Of a stretch of DNA of 56,757 nucleotides, positions 26,850 through 36,475 are shown one piece after another. The DNA lies in assembly GCA_903879765.1 (NCBI GenBank), contig CAIRMS010000161.1, positions 1 to 56,757 of the forward strand, read 5' to 3'. Below the pieces are notes generated by a model that worked only from the letters and a program-made list of their open reading frames with translations, did not search any database and was not told where the DNA came from. The stretch is from an uncultured Flavobacteriales bacterium. Lineage in GTDB: Bacteria; Bacteroidota; Bacteroidia; Flavobacteriales_D; Crocinitomicaceae. Both the position numbers and the translations under genes were made by a program. Positions within the stretch are counted from its first letter, which is position 1, and each line of letters begins with the position of its first letter.

Positions 26850-28142
26850 ATGTCTGAATTTTTTGCGCTAATTGAAAAGTATAATTTCTGGAACAATCCA
26901 ATAAAAACAGGTTGTTTAAGGGAAAAATACTTACATCAACTTTTGCTCTTCAAGGATACCCGATTGGTCAAGGTACTTGTTGGTCAACGACGAGCAGGTA
27001 AAAGTTTTGTGCTCAGACAATACATCGACCACCTCATAAAAAATGGGGTTCAGCCACAAAACACATTATACATCAACAAGGAATTTACGGACTTCGACAG
27101 CATCGAAACGTATCAAGATTTAACGAAGGTAATTAGAGATTATGAATCTCACTTTCAAATAGAAGGAAGACTTTATGTGTTTATAGATGAAATACAATAC
27201 ATAAAGGACTGGGAAAGGGCTGTCAACTCATTGTCTCAGGATTTCACTTTAGATATTGATCTATTCATCACCGGTTCTAATTCCGAAATGTTATCTAGTG
27301 AACTTTCAAGTTTACTATCAGGAAGGTATGTGCAATTCCACATATTACCATTTTCCTTTGATGAATACTGTTCCTTTCACAAAAGAGAAAAAAACAGAAA
27401 AAACTACCTTAAATTTCTCCACGAAGGAGCATTGCCAGAATTGTTCCATTTACCAAACGATGAAAGTAAATTCCACTACTTATCTTCATTAAAAGACACC
27501 ATTATCCTTCGTGACATCGTACAACGATTTTCCATAAAGGACACTTCCCTACTCTTGGATATATTTGCTTACCTCACGAATAACGTATCTAATTTATTTT
27601 CAGTGAATAATGTGGTGAACTATTTCGAAAGTAAAAAGCGTAAAACGAATTATGAAACGGTTGCCAACTACATTCATTATTTAAATCAAACGTTCATCAT
27701 ACATCGCTGTGATCGTTATGACATAAAAGGAAAAGAGTTGCTAGGAGGCAATGTAAAATACTATTTAAATGACCTTTCTTTTCGCACTTATTTATTTGGG
27801 AGCAATGCACTCTCCTATGGGAATCTATTAGAAAACAGTGTGTTTCTTGAACTTGTACATTTTGGATTTGGAGCGCAAGTTGGTGCCTTACGGAACAAAG
27901 AAATTGATTTTGTCGCCTATCGAAATGGAGTGACACTGTTCATTCAAGTGGCGTACACGCTCGCAGATGATAAAACATTTAACCGTGAGTTTGATAATTT
28001 AATGTCCTTGAAAAACAATCATCCCAAACTTATCGTTACGATGGATGAACTTCCCGTAAAAGAAAAAGACGGCATATACCTTGTTCCTGTTTGGGAATTG
28101 ACTGATTTTTTGGAAAGTTTGACTACATTCACCACGAAATAA
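26850..28142 (+). CDS. AAA-family ATPase with DUF4143-like C-terminal domain
   Basis: Walker A GQRRAGKS and Walker B YVFIDEIQ. ATG 26850 is preferred over the GTG 26781 extension. Confidence 0.75.
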   Translation: MSEFFALIEKYNFWNNPIKTGCLREKYLHQLLLFKDTRLVKVLVGQRRAGKSFVLRQYIDHLIKNGVQPQNTLYINKEFTDFDSIETYQDLTKVIRDYESHFQIEGRLYVFIDEIQYIKDWERAVNSLSQDFTLDIDLFITGSNSEMLSSELSSLLSGRYVQFHILPFSFDEYCSFHKREKNRKNYLKFLHEGALPELFHLPNDESKFHYLSSLKDTIILRDIVQRFSIKDTSLLLDIFAYLTNNVSNLFSVNNVVNYFESKKRKTNYETVANYIHYLNQTFIIHRCDRYDIKGKELLGGNVKYYLNDLSFRTYLFGSNALSYGNLLENSVFLELVHFGFGAQVGALRNKEIDFVAYRNGVTLFIQVAYTLADDKTFNREFDNLMSLKNNHPKLIVTMDELPVKEKDGIYLVPVWELTDFLESLTTFTTK

Positions 28143-28153
28143 ACATAGGTTTC

Positions 28154-28732
28154 ATGAAGAAAATTGGACTAACAGGAGGAATCGGTTCTGGCAAAACAAC
28201 AATCGCTCATATGCTAGAAGCAATGTCCTACCCTGTTTATTTTTCCGATAACCGTTCTAAGGAATTATGTGACAGTGACGAAGGAATTCGCTCTCAACTC
28301 ATCTTGTTATGTGGTGAAAAAGCATATGAAAACGGACACATGAATCGTCCTTACTTGAGTGAATGCATCTTCTCGAATCCTGATTTGAGAATCAAGGTCA
28401 ATGAAATCATTCATCCGGTTGTGAGAAAGGACTTTGAAACTTGGTCAGCCAAACAAACAAGCACATTGATTTTTAATGAAGCAGCCATTCTGTTTGAAAC
28501 AGGCGCTTATCAACAGTTTGATGCCGTTGTGTTAGTTTGTGCGCCGATTCATCAACGTATAGAACGCGTCATGCTCCGGGATTTATGCGACAAAGCAAGC
28601 GTGGAAAGCCGTATACAAAGCCAATGGCCAGAGGAAGAAAAACGGAAATTAACGAATTATTGCATCGAAAACGATGGAATTCGGCCAATTCTTATTCAAG
28701 TGGAAGAACTTATTGCGAGGTTAGTTTCTTAG
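28154..28732 (+). CDS. coaE: dephospho-CoA kinase
   Basis: GLTGGIGSGKTT P-loop, 192 aa. Confidence 0.9.
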   Translation: MKKIGLTGGIGSGKTTIAHMLEAMSYPVYFSDNRSKELCDSDEGIRSQLILLCGEKAYENGHMNRPYLSECIFSNPDLRIKVNEIIHPVVRKDFETWSAKQTSTLIFNEAAILFETGAYQQFDAVVLVCAPIHQRIERVMLRDLCDKASVESRIQSQWPEEEKRKLTNYCIENDGIRPILIQVEELIARLVS

Positions 28733-29166
28733 TAAACCATTTTAATGGTAATGACCTTGTCTTTGTCTAATTTCACCGCACATTCCTCAAAACTTGGAGC
28801 CGATAACTTTGGACGCATGTTATTGGAGAATGCATAAGCTTCCGTAGGGATACCAAAGAAATTTTTATCGCAAATTTTATTGCTGTTGTCATCATGGTAA
28901 ACGACAATGGCATATTTACCTGATTCCAAATCCGTAAATTCAAATTTCACTTCTGGGGCTTTTGCATCCAATCTAGCTAATCGATGTGTTTTTCCTGCTT
29001 GGGTAAACACCGCAGGATTTTTATAAAGTGCGAATTCAATTAAGCCCTTACTATGCTGAATGGCATTTACTTTTACGGTTAAATCACAAGTGGATTTTGT
29101 TGTTTCCGTTTTAAAAGGAAAGAGAACATAACTTAGGGAAAAAACACCTACGAACAACTTAAACAT
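28729..29166 (-). CDS. DUF2141-like secreted protein
   Basis: Signal peptide and an FGIPTEAYAFSNN motif typical of DUF2141. Confidence 0.65.
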   Translation of the reverse strand: MFKLFVGVFSLSYVLFPFKTETTKSTCDLTVKVNAIQHSKGLIEFALYKNPAVFTQAGKTHRLARLDAKAPEVKFEFTDLESGKYAIVVYHDDNSNKICDKNFFGIPTEAYAFSNNMRPKLSAPSFEECAVKLDKDKVITIKMVY

Positions 29167-29175
29167 AGAAAATGA

Positions 29176-29898
29176 TTAATTGATTTTCAAATAAACACCT
29201 AATGTCATCTGTTTGTTGTTCAAAGAAAAAATTGAATTTCCGACATTTTGAATCCACTCCTTCCATGCGCCGAATTCATATCCATTACTTAGGTCTCTTT
29301 GACCCTCATAATAAGAGATTTTACATCCAAAACGTTTTGTGAAATTAAAGGAAGCATATGCGAAATAACCGTAGTCGAGCTTTGAATTTGTATTTTCACT
29401 TACCACTGTACCTAAATCTGTGCTATTCGATGCGAATGCTGCGATGGATGAATAATCGGTTGTCATGCTTCCAGCTACTCTGTAGCGACACTCAATCCCA
29501 CCACCTACATGCAACTTCCAGGCATTCAGTTGGAGTCCGACTGGCAATGAGATCATATCAGCTGTCGTCAATTTGTCACTTGTATAAGTAGCTTGCAAAC
29601 TTCCGTCTGTATTATAAGCATTTTGAGAAGTAACATAACGCCCATTGGTTTTCACGTATCCCAAACCGGAAAACACAGTAGCGAATTTCAACACCGTGTA
29701 ACTTAATTCTACTCCACCACTTGCGGCAAACTTCCAATAAACTTTTGGGTCCAATTCATTTTGTTGAACTAAGTTTGTTACAGCGGATACATCTTGTTTA
29801 TTCAACCCTGTCTCCGCGTGAAGTGTCCATTTCCATTGTGCATTCGATTGAAATCCAATAAGAAAAAAGGCACCGAAAAGTATTAAAAATCGACTCAT
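29176..29898 (-). CDS. outer-membrane beta-barrel protein (porin-family-like)
   Basis: Signal peptide (SNAQW), alternating beta-strand pattern, and an aromatic-rich C-terminal strand. Confidence 0.55.
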   Translation of the reverse strand: MSRFLILFGAFFLIGFQSNAQWKWTLHAETGLNKQDVSAVTNLVQQNELDPKVYWKFAASGGVELSYTVLKFATVFSGLGYVKTNGRYVTSQNAYNTDGSLQATYTSDKLTTADMISLPVGLQLNAWKLHVGGGIECRYRVAGSMTTDYSSIAAFASNSTDLGTVVSENTNSKLDYGYFAYASFNFTKRFGCKISYYEGQRDLSNGYEFGAWKEWIQNVGNSIFSLNNKQMTLGVYLKIN

Positions 29899-29899
29899 G

Positions 29900-31528
29900 T
29901 TATCCTAAAAATGGGTATTTATAATCCGTTGGCGGAACAAATGTTTCTTTAATTGTTCTCGCAGAAGACCAACGTAAAAGGTTCATTGCTGCACCCGCTT
30001 TGTCATTTGTTCCAGAACCTCTAGCACCACCGAATGGTTGTTGTCCAACAACTGCACCTGTTGGTTTGTCATTGATGTAGAAGTTCCCTGCCGCATTCAC
30101 TAGTTTTTTTGTGGCCAACTGAATGGCATAGCGATCGTTCGAAATAATTGATCCTGTTAAAGCATATTCTGAAGTAGAATCTAACATCTCTAACGTTTCT
30201 TCAAACTGATTTTCATCATATACAAACACCGTTAAGACTGGACCAAAGATTTCTTCACACATTGTGCGGAATTTTGGATTGGAAGTTACGACAGTTGTTG
30301 GTTCAATGAAATATCCTTTGGATTTATCATAAGATCCTCCAGTAATGATTTCAGCATCACTTTGTCCTTTGCAATAATCGATGAATCCTGCAATTTTATC
30401 GAATGCTCTTTCATCAATCACCGCATTCACAAAATTACTCGTGTCTTCAGGTGTTCCCATTTTGAAGGAATTCACTTGCGCTGTGAAGATACGCTTTACT
30501 TCCGGCCAAATGTTTGAAGGAACATAAGCACGTGATGCTGCGGAACATTTTTGACCTTGGAATTCAAAGGCTCCACGGGACATTGCCGTTGCTACCTCTG
30601 CAGCGTTAGCTGATTTGTGAACCATGATGAAATCCTTTCCACCTGTTTCTCCAACGATGCGCGGATATGTACGGTAATGGTCTAGGTTAGTACCAATTTC
30701 TTTCCACAAGTGACGGAAAACTCCTGTTGAACCTGTGAAATGAAGTCCTGCAAAATCTCTGTGCTTGAAAACGATGTCTCCAGCGACTGGTCCATCAACA
30801 GTAATCATGTTAATGACGCCATCAGGAACTCCAGCTGCTTTAAATAAATCCATGATTACTTGAGCAGAATACACTTGTGAATCAGCCGGTTTCCAAACAA
30901 CAACATTTCCCATCATTGCTGGAGCAGCGCACAAATTCGCTGCAATGGAAGTAAAGTTGAACGGAGTAATCGCGAAAACGAATCCTTCCAATGGACGGTA
31001 TTCCAATCGATTCCACATCCCAGGCAAGGATTCTGGTTGTTCTTTATAAATCTGCGTCATGTATTGCACATTGAAGCGGAAAAAGTCAATCAACTCGCAC
31101 GCCGCATCAATTTCTGCCTGCATGACATTTTTCGACTGAGCCAACATTGTTGCTGCATTCATGCGGTTACGGAAAGGTCCTGCTAGTAAATCTGCTGCTT
31201 TTAAGAAAATCGCTGCTCGTTCTTCCCACGGAAGTTCTGCCCATGCTTTCTTTGCTTGTAAAGCGGATTCAATCGCATCAGTTACATGACTTGCATCTCC
31301 TAGGTTGAAATGTCCAAGCACGTGTGCGTGGTCATGCGGGGCCGTCATCGCTTTTTTTGTATTTGTACGAACTTCTTTTCCACCAATATACATCGGGACA
31401 TCAATTGGAGCTTGACTCCACATGTCTTTGTATGTTTGAATTAATGAATTCGTTTCTGCCGTTCCAGGAGCATAAGCTTTCACTGGTTCGTTGATGGCAA
31501 TTGGGGTTTTAAAAAAAGCGTTTGACAT
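29900..31528 (-). CDS. pruA: L-glutamate gamma-semialdehyde (1-pyrroline-5-carboxylate) dehydrogenase
   Basis: Aldehyde dehydrogenase motifs VGETGGKDF and FEFQGQKCSAASR, 542 aa. Confidence 0.9.
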   Translation of the reverse strand: MSNAFFKTPIAINEPVKAYAPGTAETNSLIQTYKDMWSQAPIDVPMYIGGKEVRTNTKKAMTAPHDHAHVLGHFNLGDASHVTDAIESALQAKKAWAELPWEERAAIFLKAADLLAGPFRNRMNAATMLAQSKNVMQAEIDAACELIDFFRFNVQYMTQIYKEQPESLPGMWNRLEYRPLEGFVFAITPFNFTSIAANLCAAPAMMGNVVVWKPADSQVYSAQVIMDLFKAAGVPDGVINMITVDGPVAGDIVFKHRDFAGLHFTGSTGVFRHLWKEIGTNLDHYRTYPRIVGETGGKDFIMVHKSANAAEVATAMSRGAFEFQGQKCSAASRAYVPSNIWPEVKRIFTAQVNSFKMGTPEDTSNFVNAVIDERAFDKIAGFIDYCKGQSDAEIITGGSYDKSKGYFIEPTTVVTSNPKFRTMCEEIFGPVLTVFVYDENQFEETLEMLDSTSEYALTGSIISNDRYAIQLATKKLVNAAGNFYINDKPTGAVVGQQPFGGARGSGTNDKAGAAMNLLRWSSARTIKETFVPPTDYKYPFLG

Positions 31529-31625
31529 AACTATTGAATTTTCAACAAAGATAATAGAATAGTTATTCGTGAACGTATCTCTTGTAACGAAGGAAGGATT
31601 TCCGTTCGATTCGCGAAATAAATAC

Positions 31626-31633
31626 TACCTTTG
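31626..31633 (+). promoter_or_regulatory. -7 promoter box (TAnnTTTG) for recF
   Basis: TACCTTTG ends 6 nt before ATG 31640. The TTG used as the track start (31631) is part of this box. Confidence 0.4.
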
Positions 31634-31639
31634 ACACAC

Positions 31640-32749
31640 ATGTTTTTAGCCCAATTACACCTGATAAATTTCAAGAATTACGAAGATGTAGAAGTCGATC
31701 TATGTCCAGGAATTAATGGGCTAGTCGGTCAAAACGGAAGTGGAAAAACGAATATCCTCGACGCTGTTTATTACCTCAGCATGTGCAAGTCCTATTTGAA
31801 TGCGATTGACCGTCAGAACATTCGTTTCGACCAAGCTTTTTTTTCCATTCAAGGTAAATGGAATTTAGACAATCAAGAACAGAATGTTCATTGTGCGTTA
31901 AAAAATGGTGGCAAAAAAACAGTAAAGCTGAATAAAAAGGAATACGAAAAGTTAGCTGATCACATTGGGAAATTTCCAGTGGTTTTTATCTCACCGTATG
32001 ATGGTGATTTAATTGCAGACGGATCCGAAATGCGTCGTAAATGGATGGACGGGATTTTATCTCAATTAGACAAAGTTTATTTAGAAGAAATTCAACGCTA
32101 CCATAAAATCCTTGAACAGCGGAATGCTCTTTTAAAGAACATGTTTGAACACCGACTGTTTGATGTAGATTCAATCGAAGTATGGAACGAACAATTGATT
32201 CCTTGTGGAAATTACATCCATCAGAAAAGAGCGGAATTTTTAGCTGAATTCATTCCTGTTTTCAAACGTTTTTACGCGGAGATAGGACTCGACTCGGAAG
32301 ATGTTGAACTCGAATACCGATCTCAGCTCAATGAAAAACCTTTCGGGGAATTATTAAAGGACTATGCTAAAAAGGATGCGGCTACACAGTATTCGAATGC
32401 CGGCATTCACAAGGATGATTTGATTTTCAGCATTAAAAATCATCCAGTAAAAAAGTTTGGTTCACAGGGGCAACAGAAGTCGTTTGTCATCGCACTACGT
32501 TTGGCGCAATACGACTGGATGAAGCAACACAAAGGATTAAAACCCGTTTTATTGCTCGATGATATCTTTGACAAGTTAGATAATGACCGCGTGCAACGAT
32601 TGATTGATTTGGTCACTGCTGATTACTTCGGACAAGTAATTGTTACGGACTCTGATCCAGAGCGTATGAAGCAACTTTTTGATTCCATTCAGACAGAAAA
32701 GCGTCTTTTTCAAGTGAATGAACAACAACTTTCCTTGATTTTATCCTAA
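31640..32749 (+). CDS. recF: DNA replication/repair protein RecF
   Basis: Walker A GQNGSGKTNILDA, signature GSQGQQKS and Walker B LLLDDIFDKLD. Confidence 0.92.
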   Translation: MFLAQLHLINFKNYEDVEVDLCPGINGLVGQNGSGKTNILDAVYYLSMCKSYLNAIDRQNIRFDQAFFSIQGKWNLDNQEQNVHCALKNGGKKTVKLNKKEYEKLADHIGKFPVVFISPYDGDLIADGSEMRRKWMDGILSQLDKVYLEEIQRYHKILEQRNALLKNMFEHRLFDVDSIEVWNEQLIPCGNYIHQKRAEFLAEFIPVFKRFYAEIGLDSEDVELEYRSQLNEKPFGELLKDYAKKDAATQYSNAGIHKDDLIFSIKNHPVKKFGSQGQQKSFVIALRLAQYDWMKQHKGLKPVLLLDDIFDKLDNDRVQRLIDLVTADYFGQVIVTDSDPERMKQLFDSIQTEKRLFQVNEQQLSLILS

Positions 32750-32758
32750 CTTTAATCC

Positions 32759-33064
32759 ATGCGCGAAGACAACAGACGAAGTTCGGACGAGGAACCATTA
32801 AAAGACCTCATCGATAAATTCTTAAAAGCCTATTCTTTAGAAGGTAAAATGAAGGAATATGATATCATTGCTGCTTGGCCAGATTTGATGGGTCCTGCTG
32901 TCGCGCATCGCACGAAAGAAATTCACATCAAACATCAAATCTTGTATTTAAAAATTGACTCTTCTGTAATGAGGGAAGAATTATTAAATGGCAAGCAAAT
33001 CATTATTGAACGCGTAAATAAAGAAGCGAAATGTCAATTAATCAATGACATTTGGTTTTCCTAA
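32759..33064 (+). CDS. DUF721 (DciA-like) protein
   Basis: 101 aa, immediately downstream of recF as is typical for DUF721, with an IIAAWPDLMGPAVAHRT motif. Confidence 0.7.
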   Translation: MREDNRRSSDEEPLKDLIDKFLKAYSLEGKMKEYDIIAAWPDLMGPAVAHRTKEIHIKHQILYLKIDSSVMREELLNGKQIIIERVNKEAKCQLINDIWFS

Positions 33065-33757
33065 TTACTTGAGATCCGCTTTACTAAATTGGAATAACCA
33101 ATTGTAAAGTTCATCTGTACGGAAGGCTTTTTCTAAATCACCATGACTGGCACCTTGACGAACAGTGTATTTGAGATTCGTACCGCCATTACAAGCTTTG
33201 ATGGATTTAACCATTTTTTCGGATTCACTAATTGGAACAGCCGTGTCCAAGTTACCATGCTGGATCCATACTGGAATTGTAGAAAGGTTACATCCGTTTT
33301 TTGGATTTCCTCCTCCACACAATGCCACTGCAGCAGTCACAATTCCTGGGTATTCACCGGCAAAATTCAAGGTTCCATATCCACCTAAACTCATTCCCGT
33401 TACGTAGACACGATTGGTATCCGTATCAAATTGTTTCTGAACGAAGCGAAGAACCGATAAAATTTTCGCGGGTTCCCAAGATTTTCCTGCGGCAACTTGA
33501 GGAGCAATAACGATTGCTGGTATTTTTCGTCCTTTTTCAATTTCATGAATGACGCCATATCGCTTCACCAAATCTAAATTATTTCCTGATAGGCTTCTTC
33601 CATGAAGAAAAATCAACACAGGTGGGTTGTTTTTTAGAATGCTATCTGCAGGCAAGTGCAATAAAAATGGATAATCAGCTTGATTATGAATGGATTTAAG
33701 CTGCGCGGAGAGTTGCAGAGATAAAAATGCGATGCAAAAGAGGAGAATTTTTTTCAT
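33065..33757 (-). CDS. secreted alpha/beta hydrolase (carboxylesterase/phospholipase-like)
   Basis: ATG 33757 gives a signal peptide (MKKILLFCIAFLSLQLSAQ). Nucleophile elbow GMSLGG. Confidence 0.7.
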   Translation of the reverse strand: MKKILLFCIAFLSLQLSAQLKSIHNQADYPFLLHLPADSILKNNPPVLIFLHGRSLSGNNLDLVKRYGVIHEIEKGRKIPAIVIAPQVAAGKSWEPAKILSVLRFVQKQFDTDTNRVYVTGMSLGGYGTLNFAGEYPGIVTAAVALCGGGNPKNGCNLSTIPVWIQHGNLDTAVPISESEKMVKSIKACNGGTNLKYTVRQGASHGDLEKAFRTDELYNWLFQFSKADLK

Positions 33758-33843
33758 ACACAAATTTAAAGGAACGTGATTGATCCGCCAAGTTGATTTT
33801 TCAACACTGGAAATCTTGGTTATGAACAAGTTATAAACAAGAT

Positions 33844-34485
33844 TTACGAGTCGAATTTTGATCTTTTCATCAAGGGGACACTCCATCCGAGTGCAACACC
33901 TAGCCCATAATTAAATTCAAGAAATCCTGCTTTTCGTGTCTCAATAAATGTTTTTGCAAAAAAGCGGTCGGCAAACCAATATGAACAGCGAACCCCGGCT
34001 GAAGCCGAATATAAAAGGTAGTTCTTTCCTACATCGGAAATAGCCGGAACAAAATCAAAGCCAAGGACATTCACGTATGGAGAAATATCCCAGCGATAAG
34101 AAATTGGAATGTGGTAACTTATTCCGTCAGGGATAGCCATAATCATTAAACCGAGAACGATGGACGTTCCAATTCCCTTTGGCGTCCAGGAATTGTTAAT
34201 TGCCCAAGCCATAAATGCTGGACCTCCAATTAATCCCATCGAACCATGTAGCTGAAGAATACTATCCATGCGGGATTGAACTTCAGAATTCCAATTGAGT
34301 GTCCATTTTGGTTGGAATTGATATTCGCTTGTCCAACCATAATTTGCATAAAAGGTTTTACCCGCAAATCCCATGGAGTACTTTGGATAATGTTGCCATT
34401 TCGAAGCATCCATTTGACCATTACCGGCGAAAGAAAATCCAAGCGTAAATAGCAAAGCAAAAAGAAATAAGCGAAAGAAACGCAT
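33844..34485 (-). CDS. hypothetical secreted/membrane protein
   Basis: Signal peptide MRFFRLFLFALLFTLGFSFA. No motif recognised. Confidence 0.5.
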   Translation of the reverse strand: MRFFRLFLFALLFTLGFSFAGNGQMDASKWQHYPKYSMGFAGKTFYANYGWTSEYQFQPKWTLNWNSEVQSRMDSILQLHGSMGLIGGPAFMAWAINNSWTPKGIGTSIVLGLMIMAIPDGISYHIPISYRWDISPYVNVLGFDFVPAISDVGKNYLLYSASAGVRCSYWFADRFFAKTFIETRKAGFLEFNYGLGVALGWSVPLMKRSKFDS

Positions 34486-34487
34486 AC

Positions 34488-35387
34488 TTAATTGTTTTCT
34501 AGTTTATATGAAATTCCGATTCCCAAAACTGATTTAAATTGGGTTCGCGGACCAAAACCCCCATAAATATCGCGGATTTTTATGTCGTCATCATAGACTA
34601 AATTCCATTGCGCTGTAGCTGAAAAAAGGGAGTTTACGCGAAAAACAAAGAGCAATTCTGCATTTACATCGATGTTTTGCGGGTTGTTTAAGTAATTACT
34701 AAACAATTCCAGTTTTGACTTCATTTCAATATTCTTTGCCAGATTTCGATTCCATTTCATTTTTAAAAACGCTCCGTATTCTTGACGATAACGCGCACCT
34801 TTTTCCACTCCAAAAGCACCAGCTGCGGATAAGGAATCATCCAAGACAAACGTTGACTTAAATGCAATGGACGAAAAGAAAATAGAAAATTGATCTCCTT
34901 TGCGTAAATCTGTACCTAGCGCCAAATTCAAATAACCTGGTGCCATAAAAGTGGATACCACAACAGAGTCGTTTGGATAGGAAAAACCATTTACCATCTG
35001 TGTTTTAAATCCCGCAGCAATTGTTAAAAAGAAATCCTTAGATAAAAGCATCCCAAAAGTGCTAGCTAAATCGAGTCGATCATCTGTTTTTTGAAGTCCT
35101 ACACCTGTTATATTGTCTAAATACTTAATTCCACCTAGTGCTAAACTAGCGTCGTTGGTCCATTTGACATTATTTTTTGTGTAATAAGCACTTGCCCCTA
35201 CAGATCCAATCATGGAAATATTATTACGTCCACCAGCATTCCAATTCACAAATGATGACTGTGTACCACTCAAAGAGTAAAGGGATTTTAATTTCCAGGA
35301 TTTTATAGAATCCCCCTTCACTTGAGCGAAATTCATCGTCCATGAAAGCAGAAAAACAGATAGAATGTATGTATTTTTGAGTCGCAT
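34488..35387 (-). CDS. DUF3078-like outer-membrane beta-barrel protein
   Basis: ATG 35387 gives a signal peptide. SGTQSSFVNWNAGGRNNIS motif. Confidence 0.6.
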   Translation of the reverse strand: MRLKNTYILSVFLLSWTMNFAQVKGDSIKSWKLKSLYSLSGTQSSFVNWNAGGRNNISMIGSVGASAYYTKNNVKWTNDASLALGGIKYLDNITGVGLQKTDDRLDLASTFGMLLSKDFFLTIAAGFKTQMVNGFSYPNDSVVVSTFMAPGYLNLALGTDLRKGDQFSIFFSSIAFKSTFVLDDSLSAAGAFGVEKGARYRQEYGAFLKMKWNRNLAKNIEMKSKLELFSNYLNNPQNIDVNAELLFVFRVNSLFSATAQWNLVYDDDIKIRDIYGGFGPRTQFKSVLGIGISYKLENN

Positions 35388-35409
35388 TGTCTTATCAAGC
35401 ACAAAATTA

Positions 35410-36387
35410 ATGGACAAATTCACGTTTACGCTTCTTTTGTTATGGAATGTTTCAACAAGTCATTGTTTTTCACAATCAATAGACTATTCAGAAAAACAAA
35501 ATTGGGCAGTTTTGCCAGGTGCTTATCCTAAAGAATTGTCGGACCAATTACACGATACAAGTTTATGGTCGTCCGTTGATGTGTTTTATGTTTATCCTAC
35601 CTTAATGTTGGACAAAAAAGATGAGCGATGGAATGTCGAATTAAGCGATCAAGAACAGCAACAAAAAGTTTTGGGAACCGCCGTAAAATACCAAGCAAGC
35701 GCATGGGGTGAAGCGGGAAGAATGTACGTTCCTTTTTACCGTCAAGCACACATTCGTTCCTATGAACTGCTCGAGAAAGGTGGACGCGAGGCCTTGCTTT
35801 TTGCATATGCAGATATCAAAAATGCCTTTCAATATTACTTAGATCATTACAATCATGGTCGTCCAATTATACTAGCCGGACACAGCCAAGGAAGCACACA
35901 TTTACGCATGATTATTGAAGAATTTTTTGACAACAAAGAACTTCGAGGACAATTAGTTGCGGCGTATATTCCGGGAATTGGTATTTACCATAATGAGTTT
36001 AAAAGTATACCGTTAATGAATTCAGCGAGTCAAACAGGAGGATTTGTTACTTGGAACACCTTCAAGAAAAATGTTGACCAAGATTCGTACCGTCGCTGGT
36101 ACAAAGGGAAAGCTGTTGTGAATCCGGTAACATGGCGGACCTCTGGGACAGCGACAAAAGACCAACATCTTGGATTTTTATATTCCAATGATGACTTATT
36201 TTGTCACTGTTTTGAAACAACGGTCATGGATGGAGCCGTATGGATTTCTCGTCCGTGCAGCTATCTCGGATTGGTTTCTTGGACCATGAAAAACCTACAT
36301 GTAGGCGATGTGAATTTGTTTTGGAAAGACATTCAAGAAAATGCAAAATTAAGAGCCCGTAATTATTTGCACGAAAAAGGTTCATAA
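35410..36387 (+). CDS. DUF3089-like alpha/beta hydrolase
   Basis: ATG 35410 (MDKFTFTLLLLW...). VDVFYVYPT and GHSQGS motifs. Confidence 0.6.
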   Translation: MDKFTFTLLLLWNVSTSHCFSQSIDYSEKQNWAVLPGAYPKELSDQLHDTSLWSSVDVFYVYPTLMLDKKDERWNVELSDQEQQQKVLGTAVKYQASAWGEAGRMYVPFYRQAHIRSYELLEKGGREALLFAYADIKNAFQYYLDHYNHGRPIILAGHSQGSTHLRMIIEEFFDNKELRGQLVAAYIPGIGIYHNEFKSIPLMNSASQTGGFVTWNTFKKNVDQDSYRRWYKGKAVVNPVTWRTSGTATKDQHLGFLYSNDDLFCHCFETTVMDGAVWISRPCSYLGLVSWTMKNLHVGDVNLFWKDIQENAKLRARNYLHEKGS

Positions 36388-36446
36388 GTCCAAATTTCGG
36401 TTCAAAACTTCCACCCTATTTCATTGACGATTCTTTTTTTGCTTTG

Positions 36447-36454
36447 TATATTTG
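36447..36454 (+). promoter_or_regulatory. -7 promoter box (TAnnTTTG) for gcvP
   Basis: TATATTTG lies 22 nt upstream of ATG 36476, with a TTG at 36424-36426 about 20 nt further upstream. Confidence 0.45.
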
Positions 36455-36475
36455 TGCACTCAAAAAAGAACGTTC

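Noticed and set aside
36388-36475. A glycine riboswitch upstream of gcvP, and by analogy a SAM riboswitch upstream of metK at 11083-11146.
   Set aside because: The available leaders are only about 20-25 nt downstream of plausible -7 boxes. The whole gaps are 88 and 64 bp, too short for the tandem glycine aptamer or a SAM aptamer plus expression platform. I saw no conserved aptamer core.
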